In this document: piece after piece, positions 36,728-45,592 of the stretch
Layout: each line of letters starts with the position of its first letter
How positions within the stretch are numbered: position 1 is the first letter of the stretch
Assembly: GCA_038317055.1 (NCBI GenBank)
Contig: JBBQBA010000001.1
Span: forward strand, 152,153 to 216,152
Origin: Candidatus Saccharimonadales bacterium
GTDB taxonomy: Bacteria > Patescibacteriota > Saccharimonadia > Saccharimonadales > DATKHC01
Direction of reading: 5' to 3'
Length of the DNA: 64,000 bases
Program-made: the position numbers and the translations under genes
Notes under the pieces: generated by a model
The model's database searches: none
What the model was told of the DNA's origin: nothing
The model's input: the letters and a program-made list of their open reading frames with translations, nothing else

Positions 36728-37795
36728 TTAAACGGTTACCTTTCTTACTTTTCTTCCATACTTCCTATAACCAGCAAAAATCAGTGCAGCACCAACAATA
36801 TATGGCGGATACCATGTTTCGTTGTGCTTAGTGCTACCGGCTTTAGTCACTTCTAACTGAATTGCTTTAGCTATACCTTCACTGGATTGAGTTGTAATTA
36901 AACTATTACCAAAACTGGTAAATATGTTCTGTTGGATGTTTGAGGGGTAGCTAGCACCTCCATAATTATATTTAGCTGGTGAAGTACCAGGAATAATTAC
37001 TTTTACATCAACACCTTCTGCAGTTAGTGTACCTACTTCATTTGCAATATCTGTGCTTGAGTTATTAGGACCTAATACACCATCGGATATAAGAATGACT
37101 TCTCCGTCTAGTTGATTGGGTTTGTTTGTCTGATTTGGTAATTGAGATGTAGCAGCACCCATTCCAGCTACTGCATCAGCTCCATTTGGGTCAATTTTTC
37201 CACCATCTTCTGGCGTAAGATTCTCAATTAATGATTGGTTTTTTGGTCCTAATGGTATTGGTGTTGCAGTGTTATGAGCAAACTGTATTACTGACATTTC
37301 TCCGGCATAGCCTGCCTGATCTATACCATTTACGGCTGATTGGAATCTAGTTGAGTGATCTTTCATATCGTGAGTGTGAGACATTGAGAATGAACTATCC
37401 AATGCTATTGCAATATGACTATCACTATTTGGAGTAGTAACTTCAGCTGTTGGGTGTAATGCAAGTGTTGCTGCAGTTAAGACAAGTCCGCCAGTCATTA
37501 GTCGTCTACTGCCTAATCGTTGTTTCTTTTCATAAGCTTTCGCCATTGCTGGATCTTTAGTCTCAGACTGGGCGACAACTTTGTCTAATAGTTCATCATC
37601 ATGGACACCAAAATGGCTTGCTAACTCTTCCCTATTAGACATAGCCCCTTTACGGTCTTTATGATATGACCAAGCTCCTATAAAAGCAATTGCTCCAATA
37701 ATAGGAACAGCGACCAAATCTTTTAATTCGTTTGGACGTGCGGTTATTTGCTCAATTGCTTGATCGACAATATTAGACATATGAAGTATTTCCAC
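36728..37795 (-). CDS. von Willebrand factor A domain membrane protein (BatA-like)
   Basis: 355 aa. TM helices at both ends. MIDAS-type IALDSSFSMS. First gene of the vWA-MoxR-DUF58 run. Confidence 0.75.
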   Translation of the reverse strand: MEILHMSNIVDQAIEQITARPNELKDLVAVPIIGAIAFIGAWSYHKDRKGAMSNREELASHFGVHDDELLDKVVAQSETKDPAMAKAYEKKQRLGSRRLMTGGLVLTAATLALHPTAEVTTPNSDSHIAIALDSSFSMSHTHDMKDHSTRFQSAVNGIDQAGYAGEMSVIQFAHNTATPIPLGPKNQSLIENLTPEDGGKIDPNGADAVAGMGAATSQLPNQTNKPNQLDGEVILISDGVLGPNNSSTDIANEVGTLTAEGVDVKVIIPGTSPAKYNYGGASYPSNIQQNIFTSFGNSLITTQSSEGIAKAIQLEVTKAGSTKHNETWYPPYIVGAALIFAGYRKYGRKVRKVTV

Positions 37796-37899
37796 CTCTT
37801 AATTAACATTATACACTATCATACATCATTTATGTCTTTTTGTCAATATTATTATGCTAATGGTAATGTGATTATATACAGGGGTGGAAGCTTTTATAC

Positions 37900-38709
37900 T
37901 TAGTGTTTAACTGTGCTGCTAGCCGCTTTTATTACGTTCTCAAATAAGGAACAGACCGTAAGTGGCCCAACTCCGCCTTTTTTTGGGGTAATTGTAAGAT
38001 CGTCTCTGTTATATACCGAATCATCGAGGTCACCAACTGTTTTACCAGCTTCTGAGGCTACACCGGCATCAACTACTATTGCTCCCTCTTTTATCATATT
38101 TGAGCTTAAAATCGATGGACTACCTGTAGCGGTAATGATTACGTCTGCTTTTAAGGTAGTTTCTTTAAGGTCTTTTGTTTGCCTATCTGCAACCACAACA
38201 TCGATATTTGATGCCTTTAACATCTTCTCAAGTGGTTTTCCTACTAGTCTTCCCCTACCAATAATCACTACATGCTTATTTTTCAGGTCAATATTATAGC
38301 CGGCAAGTAACCAAAAAATTGCCATAGGGGTTGCTGGGTCGTAATCCGAATCATCTGCGAGTGCATCGACATCTTTTGATCTTTTTACAAGATTCACAAT
38401 TCTATTTGTTTCACTAATGTCATTAAGTGGCAATTGAATAATTATTCCATGTACACTGTCATCTTTATTAAGCGACTTTATTACTTCTTCTATTTCATTT
38501 TGTTTAGGGTGATAAGAATCTACTTCTACGCCAATGTCTTCGCCATATCTCTTCTTAAGACGGACATATGTATTTATTACTGGGTCGTCATTTACTTGTA
38601 TGATTGCTAATTTTGGAACTATACCACCAGATTGACGTAATGAATTAGCCGACTTCTCTTGTCGTTGCTTAATATAGCTAGCTAGTTCACTTCCGTTTAA
38701 TATCTTCAT
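37900..38709 (-). CDS. folD: bifunctional methylenetetrahydrofolate dehydrogenase/methenyl-THF cyclohydrolase
   Basis: Start moved to MKILNGSELASYIKQ (ATG 38707-38709). YVRLKKR, HGIIIQLPL, GRGRLVGKPL and PKKGGVGPLTV motifs. Confidence 0.9.
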   Translation of the reverse strand: MKILNGSELASYIKQRQEKSANSLRQSGGIVPKLAIIQVNDDPVINTYVRLKKRYGEDIGVEVDSYHPKQNEIEEVIKSLNKDDSVHGIIIQLPLNDISETNRIVNLVKRSKDVDALADDSDYDPATPMAIFWLLAGYNIDLKNKHVVIIGRGRLVGKPLEKMLKASNIDVVVADRQTKDLKETTLKADVIITATGSPSILSSNMIKEGAIVVDAGVASEAGKTVGDLDDSVYNRDDLTITPKKGGVGPLTVCSLFENVIKAASSTVKH

Positions 38710-38842
38710 AGTTATAATTCTTAATTTATCGGCCAACTTTAGCACGAAATACTCTTTAGTCAACCCCTGTCAATATCCTTCTCTCTATTCTACCGCAAAA
38801 AACTACTATAAATGTCTATAAAATATTAAATGCATAAACCCT

Positions 38843-38872
38843 TTGATATAGTGAGTAAGCATTTGTTATAGT
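38843..38872 (+). promoter_or_regulatory. candidate promoter of tRNA-Lys
   Basis: TTGATA-18 nt-TATAGT, ending 17 nt before the tRNA 5' end. Confidence 0.35.
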
Positions 38873-38888
38873 AACGCATGCACTTATC

Positions 38889-38965
38889 GGGCCATTAGCT
38901 CAGCTGGTTAGAGCACCTGCCTCTTAAGCAGGGTGTCCTGGGTTCAAGTCCCAGATGGCCCTCCA
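38889..38965 (+). tRNA. tRNA-Lys (anticodon CUU)
   Basis: GGGCCATTAGCTCAGCTGGTTAGAGCACCTGCCTCTTAAGCAGGGTGTCCTGGGTTCAAGTCCCAGATGGCCCTCCA: clean cloverleaf, loop CTCTTAA, CCA encoded. Confidence 0.95.
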
Positions 38966-39011
38966 AAATGCTTATGCTTAATCTGTTACTAAGTGTTAAA
39001 CTAGAAATAGA

Positions 39012-39224
39012 ATGAAAATATCTATGAATTACGTACCATTAGTTCAAAGGCATAAACCCGAACAGCCAATAGATTTTTTTGATGATATAACAATTTCAGA
39101 ATTAGACTTGATGATAAGTGTAACGGCTAGGTTAAAAAGAATGTCACCTGAAGCTCAAGACATGATCTCAGAAATAGCTGGTGGATTAGTTGAAATAAAT
39201 GATCGTAAACAACTAACTACTTAG
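39012..39224 (+). CDS. cassette 1 ORF: hypothetical protein (70 aa)
   Basis: Only ORF between the tRNA and R1. No recognisable domain. Confidence 0.4.
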   Translation: MKISMNYVPLVQRHKPEQPIDFFDDITISELDLMISVTARLKRMSPEAQDMISEIAGGLVEINDRKQLTT

Positions 39225-39240
39225 ATAGACTTCCATAATA

Positions 39241-39284
39241 AGTAGATATAACCATCACTGTCGCCCTCCAAAATGGTTATGTTT
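39241..39284 (+). repeat. cassette-boundary repeat R1 (family A)
   Basis: AGTAGATATAACCATCACTGTCGCCCTCCAAAATGGTTATGTTT. Arms ATAACCAT/ATGGTTAT. Core has 1 mismatch to the tRNA end. Confidence 0.85.
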
Positions 39285-39327
39285 AAACAGAGATAACTTT
39301 ATCTATGTTTTTTGTTATTATTAGGCA

Positions 39328-39873
39328 ATGAACGTTTTAATATTGCATGGTATTCAAGGAAAAGCTGGAGAAAATTGGACTCATTGGCTAAGTGATTCTT
39401 TAACAGCCAAGTCCTATAACGTAATAATGCCCACTTTACCAAATGCTGATCACCCAGATCGTACTGAATGGCTGGAAGCGATTAAACAAATCACCCGAAA
39501 CATTTCTGATGATCTTATTATCGTTGCCCATTCATTAGGAGTAACAAGTGCTTTAGATTTCATAGAACAATCCCCTACTCCCATAAATGGTCTCGTTAGT
39601 GTCTCAGGCTTTGCCAATGATTATGGATTTAAGTTAAACAGCTACTTTTTGAAGGAGAGGAAGTTAGATTTTGATAAGATCAATAATAATTTAGGCAGTT
39701 CATTTGTATATTACGGAGACAACGACCCATATGTTACTCAAGAGGCTCTAGCTATATTAGCAAAGGACTTAAAAGTAAAACCAACCATTATTAAATACGG
39801 TGGGCATTTAAACAAAGCCACAGGGTTTACTGAATTCCCTCAACTCTTAGAGGCAATTGAGTCTATAAAATAA
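39328..39873 (+). CDS. cassette 2 ORF: serine hydrolase, YdeN/RBBP9-like alpha/beta fold
   Basis: 181 aa. VLILHGIQGKAGENWTHWL and nucleophile elbow VAHSLGV, the typical layout of the small Ser_hydrolase family. Confidence 0.7.
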   Translation: MNVLILHGIQGKAGENWTHWLSDSLTAKSYNVIMPTLPNADHPDRTEWLEAIKQITRNISDDLIIVAHSLGVTSALDFIEQSPTPINGLVSVSGFANDYGFKLNSYFLKERKLDFDKINNNLGSSFVYYGDNDPYVTQEALAILAKDLKVKPTIIKYGGHLNKATGFTEFPQLLEAIESIK

Positions 39874-39884
39874 TTCTGTGAAAT

Positions 39885-39928
39885 AGTAGATATAACCATC
39901 ACTGTGGCCCTCCAATACGGTTATGTTT
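39885..39928 (+). repeat. cassette-boundary repeat R2 (family A)
   Basis: AGTAGATATAACCATCACTGTGGCCCTCCAATACGGTTATGTTT. Perfect core. Confidence 0.9.
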
Positions 39929-39959
39929 AAAACTATGGTTGTTGTATATTTAATTCATA

Positions 39960-40220
39960 ATGAAAAAAGTTAAAACTCCAAAAAGGTTAAAAAATCTATT
40001 AATTTTGCTATATATATTTTTACCAATTTTCGGTTTCCTTTTGATATGGCTACCCGCACATAAAGTATCTACTCCAACTAGTTTCCAAGGATTGAGTACT
40101 ACATTCAAAACCCTATTAGTTTTATTTTGGATTTCTCTAATAGGTTTATTGACAACTGTAACCTTAATATTAGTAGATGTAATGAAAATATATATCATTC
40201 CTCAATTACGTAAAAAATAA
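39960..40220 (+). CDS. cassette 3 ORF: small two-TM membrane protein (86 aa)
   Basis: Preferred over the antisense 39950..40198 ORF because it has two clean hydrophobic helices and basic termini. Confidence 0.45.
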   Translation: MKKVKTPKRLKNLLILLYIFLPIFGFLLIWLPAHKVSTPTSFQGLSTTFKTLLVLFWISLIGLLTTVTLILVDVMKIYIIPQLRKK

Positions 40221-40241
40221 AAAGATACACTTATTTAAATT

Positions 40242-40288
40242 CAGTTGCGATAACAAGCTCGGTGGCCCTCCAAAGCATAAGTGTTATT
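40242..40288 (+). repeat. cassette-boundary repeat R3 (family B)
   Basis: CAGTTGCGATAACAAGCTCGGTGGCCCTCCAAAGCATAAGTGTTATT. Arms ATAACA..GCT/AGC..TGTTAT with bulges. Perfect core. Confidence 0.85.
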
Positions 40289-40292
40289 TATT

Positions 40293-40886
40293 TCAAATTT
40301 TAATCTTAGAAGCTTTCCGCGATTTACTACGATGAGAGATAATAATAGTTGCCCAAAGTAATCCATTAGAGAACATTAAATAGGCAGGATATATCCATGC
40401 TGATGGTGGGTATGCCTTGAGGGATAATAGAGTAAGCAACGTCGCTAATACTCCTAAAGCAAAAGTGATGTAAGTTTCCTCTTCGGGATTTTGCCATGAA
40501 TGTCTTACTGTAGGAATAGTACCTATAAAGTCAATCGATAAAGTAGCTACAATTGCAATCATCGGTGAATTAAACACTAGCCATAACACTAACCCAACTA
40601 CTGCCCCAATTAGACAGAACAAATCAAATGAATCAAATTTAGCTATTCCATATCTTAACCCTACGATTACCACAGCAAATGTGGCTACTGTATCTGCTGT
40701 AACGAGCATCGCTGCTCGATACTGATGAGAAGCAAATAATGCTGCCGCTCCAATACCTATTAATAATGTCCATGTAGACCAAGTAACTATATTAGGTTTA
40801 GTTTTTCCTTTAACTGTGTCAATGATGTAAGGAACAGTACAAAATAAAATAATCAGTGCACCAGTTATAGCAAGTAGTTCTTTCAT
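40293..40886 (-). CDS. cassette 4 ORF: multi-pass membrane protein (197 aa)
   Basis: About 6 hydrophobic helices. No confident family call. Confidence 0.5.
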   Translation of the reverse strand: MKELLAITGALIILFCTVPYIIDTVKGKTKPNIVTWSTWTLLIGIGAAALFASHQYRAAMLVTADTVATFAVVIVGLRYGIAKFDSFDLFCLIGAVVGLVLWLVFNSPMIAIVATLSIDFIGTIPTVRHSWQNPEEETYITFALGVLATLLTLLSLKAYPPSAWIYPAYLMFSNGLLWATIIISHRSKSRKASKIKI

Positions 40887-40928
40887 TTATTAAATAATAA
40901 CATTAGATATTCGCGGGTTAGTTATTCT

Positions 40929-40970
40929 GGTTGATATAGACAGTACGGTGGCCCTCCAATAATGTTTTAT
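40929..40970 (+). repeat. cassette-boundary repeat R4 (family C)
   Basis: GGTTGATATAGACAGTACGGTGGCCCTCCAATAATGTTTTAT. The left 30 nt are identical to R8. Confidence 0.85.
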
Positions 40971-41533
40971 TTAGGAAGTTTTTCACCTGCCGCATCGACG
41001 AGACCTGAATAAAAGAAGAATCTCTCTTTTTTATCTGGCTTTAATGGATTAATCTTAGCGTCAAGATCTACTATTTCTTGAAGTTTATTAATGTCGACCA
41101 TATCATTAGTATTTAAGTCATCGAGGCGCACTATCTTTAGTTCATTTGATGCAGGATAGTAATACTGAAGCTCAGTTGGTCGTACTTTTTGTCGGTGAAT
41201 ATTATGAGTTTGCGGTTGAATTAATATAAAACGAACTAGCAGGGGTGGAATGTTTGGCTCCAGGGTAGCATCACGATACTCACCAACCTGATAAGTAAGT
41301 CCACCGCGTCTATATATTTTTTCTCTAAAATTTACTACAGTAGCCATTGAGTCTACCCATCCAACTACTTGAACAGGGCTGGAATCTAAAGCCGCATCTG
41401 TGAGACGACAGATTTCATCTGTATAAAATTCTTCTCTTGGCATTTTACTAGTAATAAGTACTGGCTCTCCAGTCAAATCTGCCAACACACTTATTTCTTC
41501 AAATATATTACTAGGTAATTTCTCTGGACTCAT
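40967..41533 (-). CDS. cassette 5 ORF: hypothetical protein (188 aa)
   Basis: Its stop codon (TAA) is the complement of TTA inside the right arm of R4. No recognisable domain. Confidence 0.5.
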   Translation of the reverse strand: MSPEKLPSNIFEEISVLADLTGEPVLITSKMPREEFYTDEICRLTDAALDSSPVQVVGWVDSMATVVNFREKIYRRGGLTYQVGEYRDATLEPNIPPLLVRFILIQPQTHNIHRQKVRPTELQYYYPASNELKIVRLDDLNTNDMVDINKLQEIVDLDAKINPLKPDKKERFFFYSGLVDAAGEKLPK

Positions 41534-41590
41534 AGTAATCCTATTCTATTTGTATTAGTAATATAATCAAGCAGTAGCTTTTTGAATACT

Positions 41591-41634
41591 AATAGATATA
41601 ACCATCACTGTGTCCCTCCAATATGGTTATGGTT
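41591..41634 (+). repeat. cassette-boundary repeat R5 (family A)
   Basis: AATAGATATAACCATCACTGTGTCCCTCCAATATGGTTATGGTT. Core has 1 mismatch. Confidence 0.85.
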
Positions 41635-43834
41635 TTTTGTTTAAAATTCTGTTTAATCTATGTCTGATCCTAGGTGTTATTCCTCCTGTTATCATTGAAC
41701 CAAAACGATAGACAGGTAATTCTATACCTTCTTTATCTATAATCTTAGCTATATTCCCCTTATCTATACCTACGCTATTAGCAAAAGCTTTTATACTTAA
41801 CACGCCAGTAGGCGCTAAGGGGGTATCCAAAAGTAGCCTAACTTGTGGCAAATTTCTAACAGTATCCTGCATATCAGCATCTAGACCTCCAGAAATCTTC
41901 GGGCCAAACTTATAATCAGGTAACTCAATTTCGTTAGCTTCTAGAATAACCTTTAGGGTAGTGAATGCCATACCAATTTCTTTAGCGAAAGCATTAACAC
42001 TTTTTATCTCATCCTTAGGGGTTGGGCTCAATTCTACAAGTCCTTCTAGAAAGTCTTGCTGGCTTTTGGTTAGTCCTCTGGTTATAACTCCACCAAATTT
42101 ATATTTCAATGCATCTATGTTTTGTTCATCTACTAGTCTTTCCACTGTCGATCGAGCCGCATTATGGGTTTTAGCAAAAGATAATAGACTTACAACTCCT
42201 TCTTGCGCTACAGGGGTATAAGCTATTGCAAGTCCGATAATATGCGTTAACTGTTCTTGATTAATAGCATCGGATATATAGCCGTTATCAAACCTGTATC
42301 TTGGTAACTCCCATTCATTATCGGCAGCAATCTTTAAAATCGTTGGTTTTGATAGACCAGTAATCTTGGAAGCATCAGAAATACTAACATAATCATCAGG
42401 TGAGTATTCTATAGACAGCAATGACTCATATTTTTCTAGTAAGTTTACTACTAGCTTGTCGAATTCAAAATCACCATGATTTGTATGAATAATTAAATCA
42501 CCAATATCAATATCGCTATTACTTACATTTATTATCACATTATCTCCGTCTAGAATAGTTCCATCTTTCTCCCCTATTTCTGTTCTACGAGTTCTAATAG
42601 CTTCAGCCAAATCTCTAATCATCACGATCCTTTCAGCGTTTGCCATAAAATCCAGTACAGATACTCTGTCCTTACCAGCGTGTTTTCGTAAACCCCTTCC
42701 CAATTGCTGTTCAAAGATAGTTGGACTCTCAGTACTTCTAAGGAAAACTAACAGACGAGCATCTGGAATGTCTACTCCTTCATTAAACATATCTCTGGTC
42801 GTAATTATTTGAAGATCTCTATATCTAAAATCATTAAGTGTATCTTCTTTTTGTTTTTTATCCTTTATACCTGAATGATATGGTTTACCGCCTAGCAATT
42901 CTGCAATTTCTGCTGCATGCTCAATATTCTGACAAAAGACTATAGTTTTTACAGATCCAAATTCCAATCCAATTTTTTTCATTTCTTCTCTAATATTATT
43001 GGCAATGACCTCATTTCGTGGTTTAACCTTAAATAATTCCGTCAATGCACGAAGACTGCTCGCTTCAAAACCTGATTCCATTGCCTCTTTAACAGCATCA
43101 TCAAATACAATGTGATAATCTGGATCAGCCAATAGTCCCTCTGCAAGAGCTTCTGCAAGGCTTTTGCTATATAATTCTTGGCCAAATAGTTCTCTAATAT
43201 TTAACCTATCTAGTCGATTTGGAGTTGCTGTTAAAGCAAGCTGAAATTTCGGTTTAAAATGCTTAATCACAGCTTCAAATGTTTCAGCTTTTCCATGATG
43301 AGCTTCGTCATAAATAATATAATCAAAATATCCTTGTTTAAATGTATCTAATGAGCTATTTAATGATTGTAGAGTTGCAAAAGTTATATCTTGGTCAATA
43401 TCCTTCTCTTCACCATTGAAGAAACCTTGTGTGGCATCAGGGATAAAAGATGAAAATCGCTCCGCCGCCTGTTCGTTAATTTCGTTTTTGTGGCTTGCAA
43501 AGAGAATACGGGGACCATATTTACGTTTTCCTGAGTACTCTTGTCGATATTTTATTACGTCAAATACTGCTACAGATGTCTTACCAAGACCAGTTGCGAG
43601 ATGGATTAAGCCTGTATTTGCGCCACTGTTTCTGGCTTCCCACAGAGCACCCCAAGCATCTAATTGATATTCACGTACTTCAAAATCTTGGGCTTCAACA
43701 TATATCTCAGGGTCGAAATCTTCAGCAGATACTTCCTCTATGAAACCTTCTCTTAAATTAATACATGCTTGAATAAACGACGCAACATTTTTACGTCGCT
43801 CTTCTAAATCAGCGTTTTCTTTAGACTGCTCCAT
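41627..43834 (-). CDS. cassette 6 ORF: SF2 helicase (DEAH, type III restriction Res-subunit-like) with four C-terminal HTH-like repeats
   Basis: 735 aa. Walker A ATGLGKTSVA, DEAHH, TATPNR, QQLGRGLR. The C-terminal ~260 aa carry 4 repeats ending ..ELP.YRFG/YKFG... The stop lies in the right arm of R5. Confidence 0.8.
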   Translation of the reverse strand: MEQSKENADLEERRKNVASFIQACINLREGFIEEVSAEDFDPEIYVEAQDFEVREYQLDAWGALWEARNSGANTGLIHLATGLGKTSVAVFDVIKYRQEYSGKRKYGPRILFASHKNEINEQAAERFSSFIPDATQGFFNGEEKDIDQDITFATLQSLNSSLDTFKQGYFDYIIYDEAHHGKAETFEAVIKHFKPKFQLALTATPNRLDRLNIRELFGQELYSKSLAEALAEGLLADPDYHIVFDDAVKEAMESGFEASSLRALTELFKVKPRNEVIANNIREEMKKIGLEFGSVKTIVFCQNIEHAAEIAELLGGKPYHSGIKDKKQKEDTLNDFRYRDLQIITTRDMFNEGVDIPDARLLVFLRSTESPTIFEQQLGRGLRKHAGKDRVSVLDFMANAERIVMIRDLAEAIRTRRTEIGEKDGTILDGDNVIINVSNSDIDIGDLIIHTNHGDFEFDKLVVNLLEKYESLLSIEYSPDDYVSISDASKITGLSKPTILKIAADNEWELPRYRFDNGYISDAINQEQLTHIIGLAIAYTPVAQEGVVSLLSFAKTHNAARSTVERLVDEQNIDALKYKFGGVITRGLTKSQQDFLEGLVELSPTPKDEIKSVNAFAKEIGMAFTTLKVILEANEIELPDYKFGPKISGGLDADMQDTVRNLPQVRLLLDTPLAPTGVLSIKAFANSVGIDKGNIAKIIDKEGIELPVYRFGSMITGGITPRIRHRLNRILNKKP

Positions 43835-43917
43835 TTGAGATGATATTTTAACATTTTATTAGGTTTTTTTCAAGATTCCCTAGTTCTAGTAATTGTTTAT
43901 TATGCCTAGGGTTCTAA

Positions 43918-43963
43918 TAGTAGATATAACCATCACTGTGGCCCTCCAGAATGGTTATGCTTT
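43918..43963 (+). repeat. cassette-boundary repeat R6 (family A)
   Basis: TAGTAGATATAACCATCACTGTGGCCCTCCAGAATGGTTATGCTTT. Perfect core. Confidence 0.9.
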
Positions 43964-44018
43964 TATTTACTATCAGAAAAGAATATAATTCTAAAAATAA
44001 GTTATCGGAGAAATATGT

Positions 44019-44294
44019 ATGTTTGAAAGATTTTCTAGAACTCCAAAAATGCGTGGTCCAAGGTTTGATAAACACGGAAAAATGATAGGTTTAATTATTA
44101 GGTCTGCGGAACCAGTACGATTTGCTCATACCAATACTTACCTTCCTTTCTCCCCTCAACAACAAGATATTCCACCATCTACAGAATCAACTGAGACACC
44201 AGTTTCAATTTATGATCAATATCCAGAATTACTTGATTCAAGTAAGCTAAAAAATCCACCACCTAGCCTGCCAGAGGATCAAACGCAAGAGTAG
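44019..44294 (+). CDS. cassette 7 ORF: hypothetical protein (91 aa)
   Basis: Its TAG stop is the first TAG of R7. No recognisable domain. Confidence 0.4.
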   Translation: MFERFSRTPKMRGPRFDKHGKMIGLIIRSAEPVRFAHTNTYLPFSPQQQDIPPSTESTETPVSIYDQYPELLDSSKLKNPPPSLPEDQTQE

Positions 44295-44333
44295 AGATAA
44301 CCATCACGATGGCCCTCCAATATGGTTATGGTT
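44291..44333 (+). repeat. cassette-boundary repeat R7 (family A)
   Basis: GTAGAGATAACCATCACGATGGCCCTCCAATATGGTTATGGTT. Shares 12 nt (GATGGCCCTCCA) with the tRNA end. Confidence 0.9.
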
Positions 44334-44383
44334 AAAATTACTTTATTGTTAAATTTCCTTTGTTTGATTATGCTTAAATAAAC

Positions 44384-45085
44384 ATGGACGATCAAGACAC
44401 TCCTTCACAATCATCAATGCCCGATAATCAACCACCAGTAATTTCGGTACAGCAACCAGCACCAGAAACTAATCCAAATAACACAGTTCTGAATCCCCAT
44501 ACAACTCACTCGAAGAAAAAGTTATTACCTATATGTATCTCAGCGTTAGTTTTATTAATCACCTTAGGAATTGTCGGTACCATATATTATTTAAGTCATC
44601 ATAAAACAGTTAGTTCAAAGAATGCGACAATAATTTCTAAAACGCTAATCATTATTAACCCCGACGACACTAAAATAGAACAAGACTTAGCATCAATAGG
44701 AAATACGCTTGCCAATTATCCAAGTGAAGGAAATTCATTTTCAGCTCCGTTTATACCAGATAATATTAACCAATTACCGCAGACTAAACTTAACTATAAA
44801 GCCAGTTCATATAGTTATAAGGTTATTGCAAATGATGGTGGAGAAAAAAGTAATAAAATTATCTACCAAATATGTGCAAACTTTAATAAAAACACATTCA
44901 ACGTTTCGGCTTATAATAATATTTTTAGTACTTCTGGTGTTGATGGTACTTCAGCAGATTCATACGTCGTACATTCAAGCAGAATGCAATGTTTTACTAA
45001 CGATATAAGTTTTATGGGTCAGGGCCTTTCCTTAAACCTAAATAACAGCGAGATTAAATATAAAAGTCAACTTCAGACCAATTAA
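44384..45085 (+). CDS. cassette 8 ORF: membrane-anchored extracytoplasmic protein (233 aa, hypothetical)
   Basis: Pro/Gln-rich N-terminus, one TM (LLPICISALVLLITLGIVGTIYYL), then a globular part. Confidence 0.5.
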   Translation: MDDQDTPSQSSMPDNQPPVISVQQPAPETNPNNTVLNPHTTHSKKKLLPICISALVLLITLGIVGTIYYLSHHKTVSSKNATIISKTLIIINPDDTKIEQDLASIGNTLANYPSEGNSFSAPFIPDNINQLPQTKLNYKASSYSYKVIANDGGEKSNKIIYQICANFNKNTFNVSAYNNIFSTSGVDGTSADSYVVHSSRMQCFTNDISFMGQGLSLNLNNSEIKYKSQLQTN

Positions 45086-45095
45086 ATTAAATTTA

Positions 45096-45150
45096 TAGTA
45101 GTTGATATAGACAGTACGGTGGCCCTCCAAAGCATAAGCACTTTGTTATA
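45096..45150 (+). repeat. cassette-boundary repeat R8 (family C)
   Basis: TAGTAGTTGATATAGACAGTACGGTGGCCCTCCAAAGCATAAGCACTTTGTTATA. Perfect core. Confidence 0.85.
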
Positions 45151-45159
45151 CTGTGCGTA

Positions 45160-45516
45160 ATGGCTAAAACAGTTATTGTATTTCTGTCCCTGTTTTTAAT
45201 ATCTTTATTAATTACTTTTTCGTCGGTAAAAATTGCTACTACCACGCTTACCGATGGCAGCACACCATACACTTTTTTATCACACTTTGCATACACGTCT
45301 CCTGTCAAACAATCTGATGGATTATGCACAGGTTCGAATTTACACGACTACCATAAATCTGGATGGCCTCTACAATACGAATATCGTATTCCCGATGAAC
45401 CGGGGTGTGGTGATTTTAATTATCCATTAATTTTCGTAATCGACCTTTTGTTCTACTTGATTGTATTTTCAATTACGTGGGTCGGGTTGACGATTCTCAA
45501 GAAACACAAATCATAG
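45160..45516 (+). CDS. cassette 9 ORF: small membrane protein (118 aa, hypothetical)
   Basis: N- and C-terminal hydrophobic helices. Its TAG stop is the first 3 nt of R9. Confidence 0.45.
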   Translation: MAKTVIVFLSLFLISLLITFSSVKIATTTLTDGSTPYTFLSHFAYTSPVKQSDGLCTGSNLHDYHKSGWPLQYEYRIPDEPGCGDFNYPLIFVIDLLFYLIVFSITWVGLTILKKHKS

Positions 45517-45558
45517 TTGCGATAACGACTACTATGGCCCTCCAATATGCTTATGCTT
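45514..45558 (+). repeat. cassette-boundary repeat R9 (family B)
   Basis: TAGTTGCGATAACGACTACTATGGCCCTCCAATATGCTTATGCTT. The right arm is identical to the sequence 3' of the tRNA gene. Confidence 0.88.
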
Positions 45559-45592
45559 GCAATATATTAAAGATAGAAGATAATTTATATAA

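Noticed and set aside
39251-39262. CACTGTG in the repeat loop equals the reverse complement of the V(D)J RSS/Transib heptamer CACAGTG
   Set aside because: A 7-mer match is expected by chance. No nonamer-like partner or transposase is present. Noted only as a curiosity.
39950-40198. Minus-strand ORF 39950..40198 as the cassette-3 gene
   Set aside because: The overlapping plus-strand ORF 39960..40220 has two clean TM helices and ends just before R3. The minus-strand product has no features.
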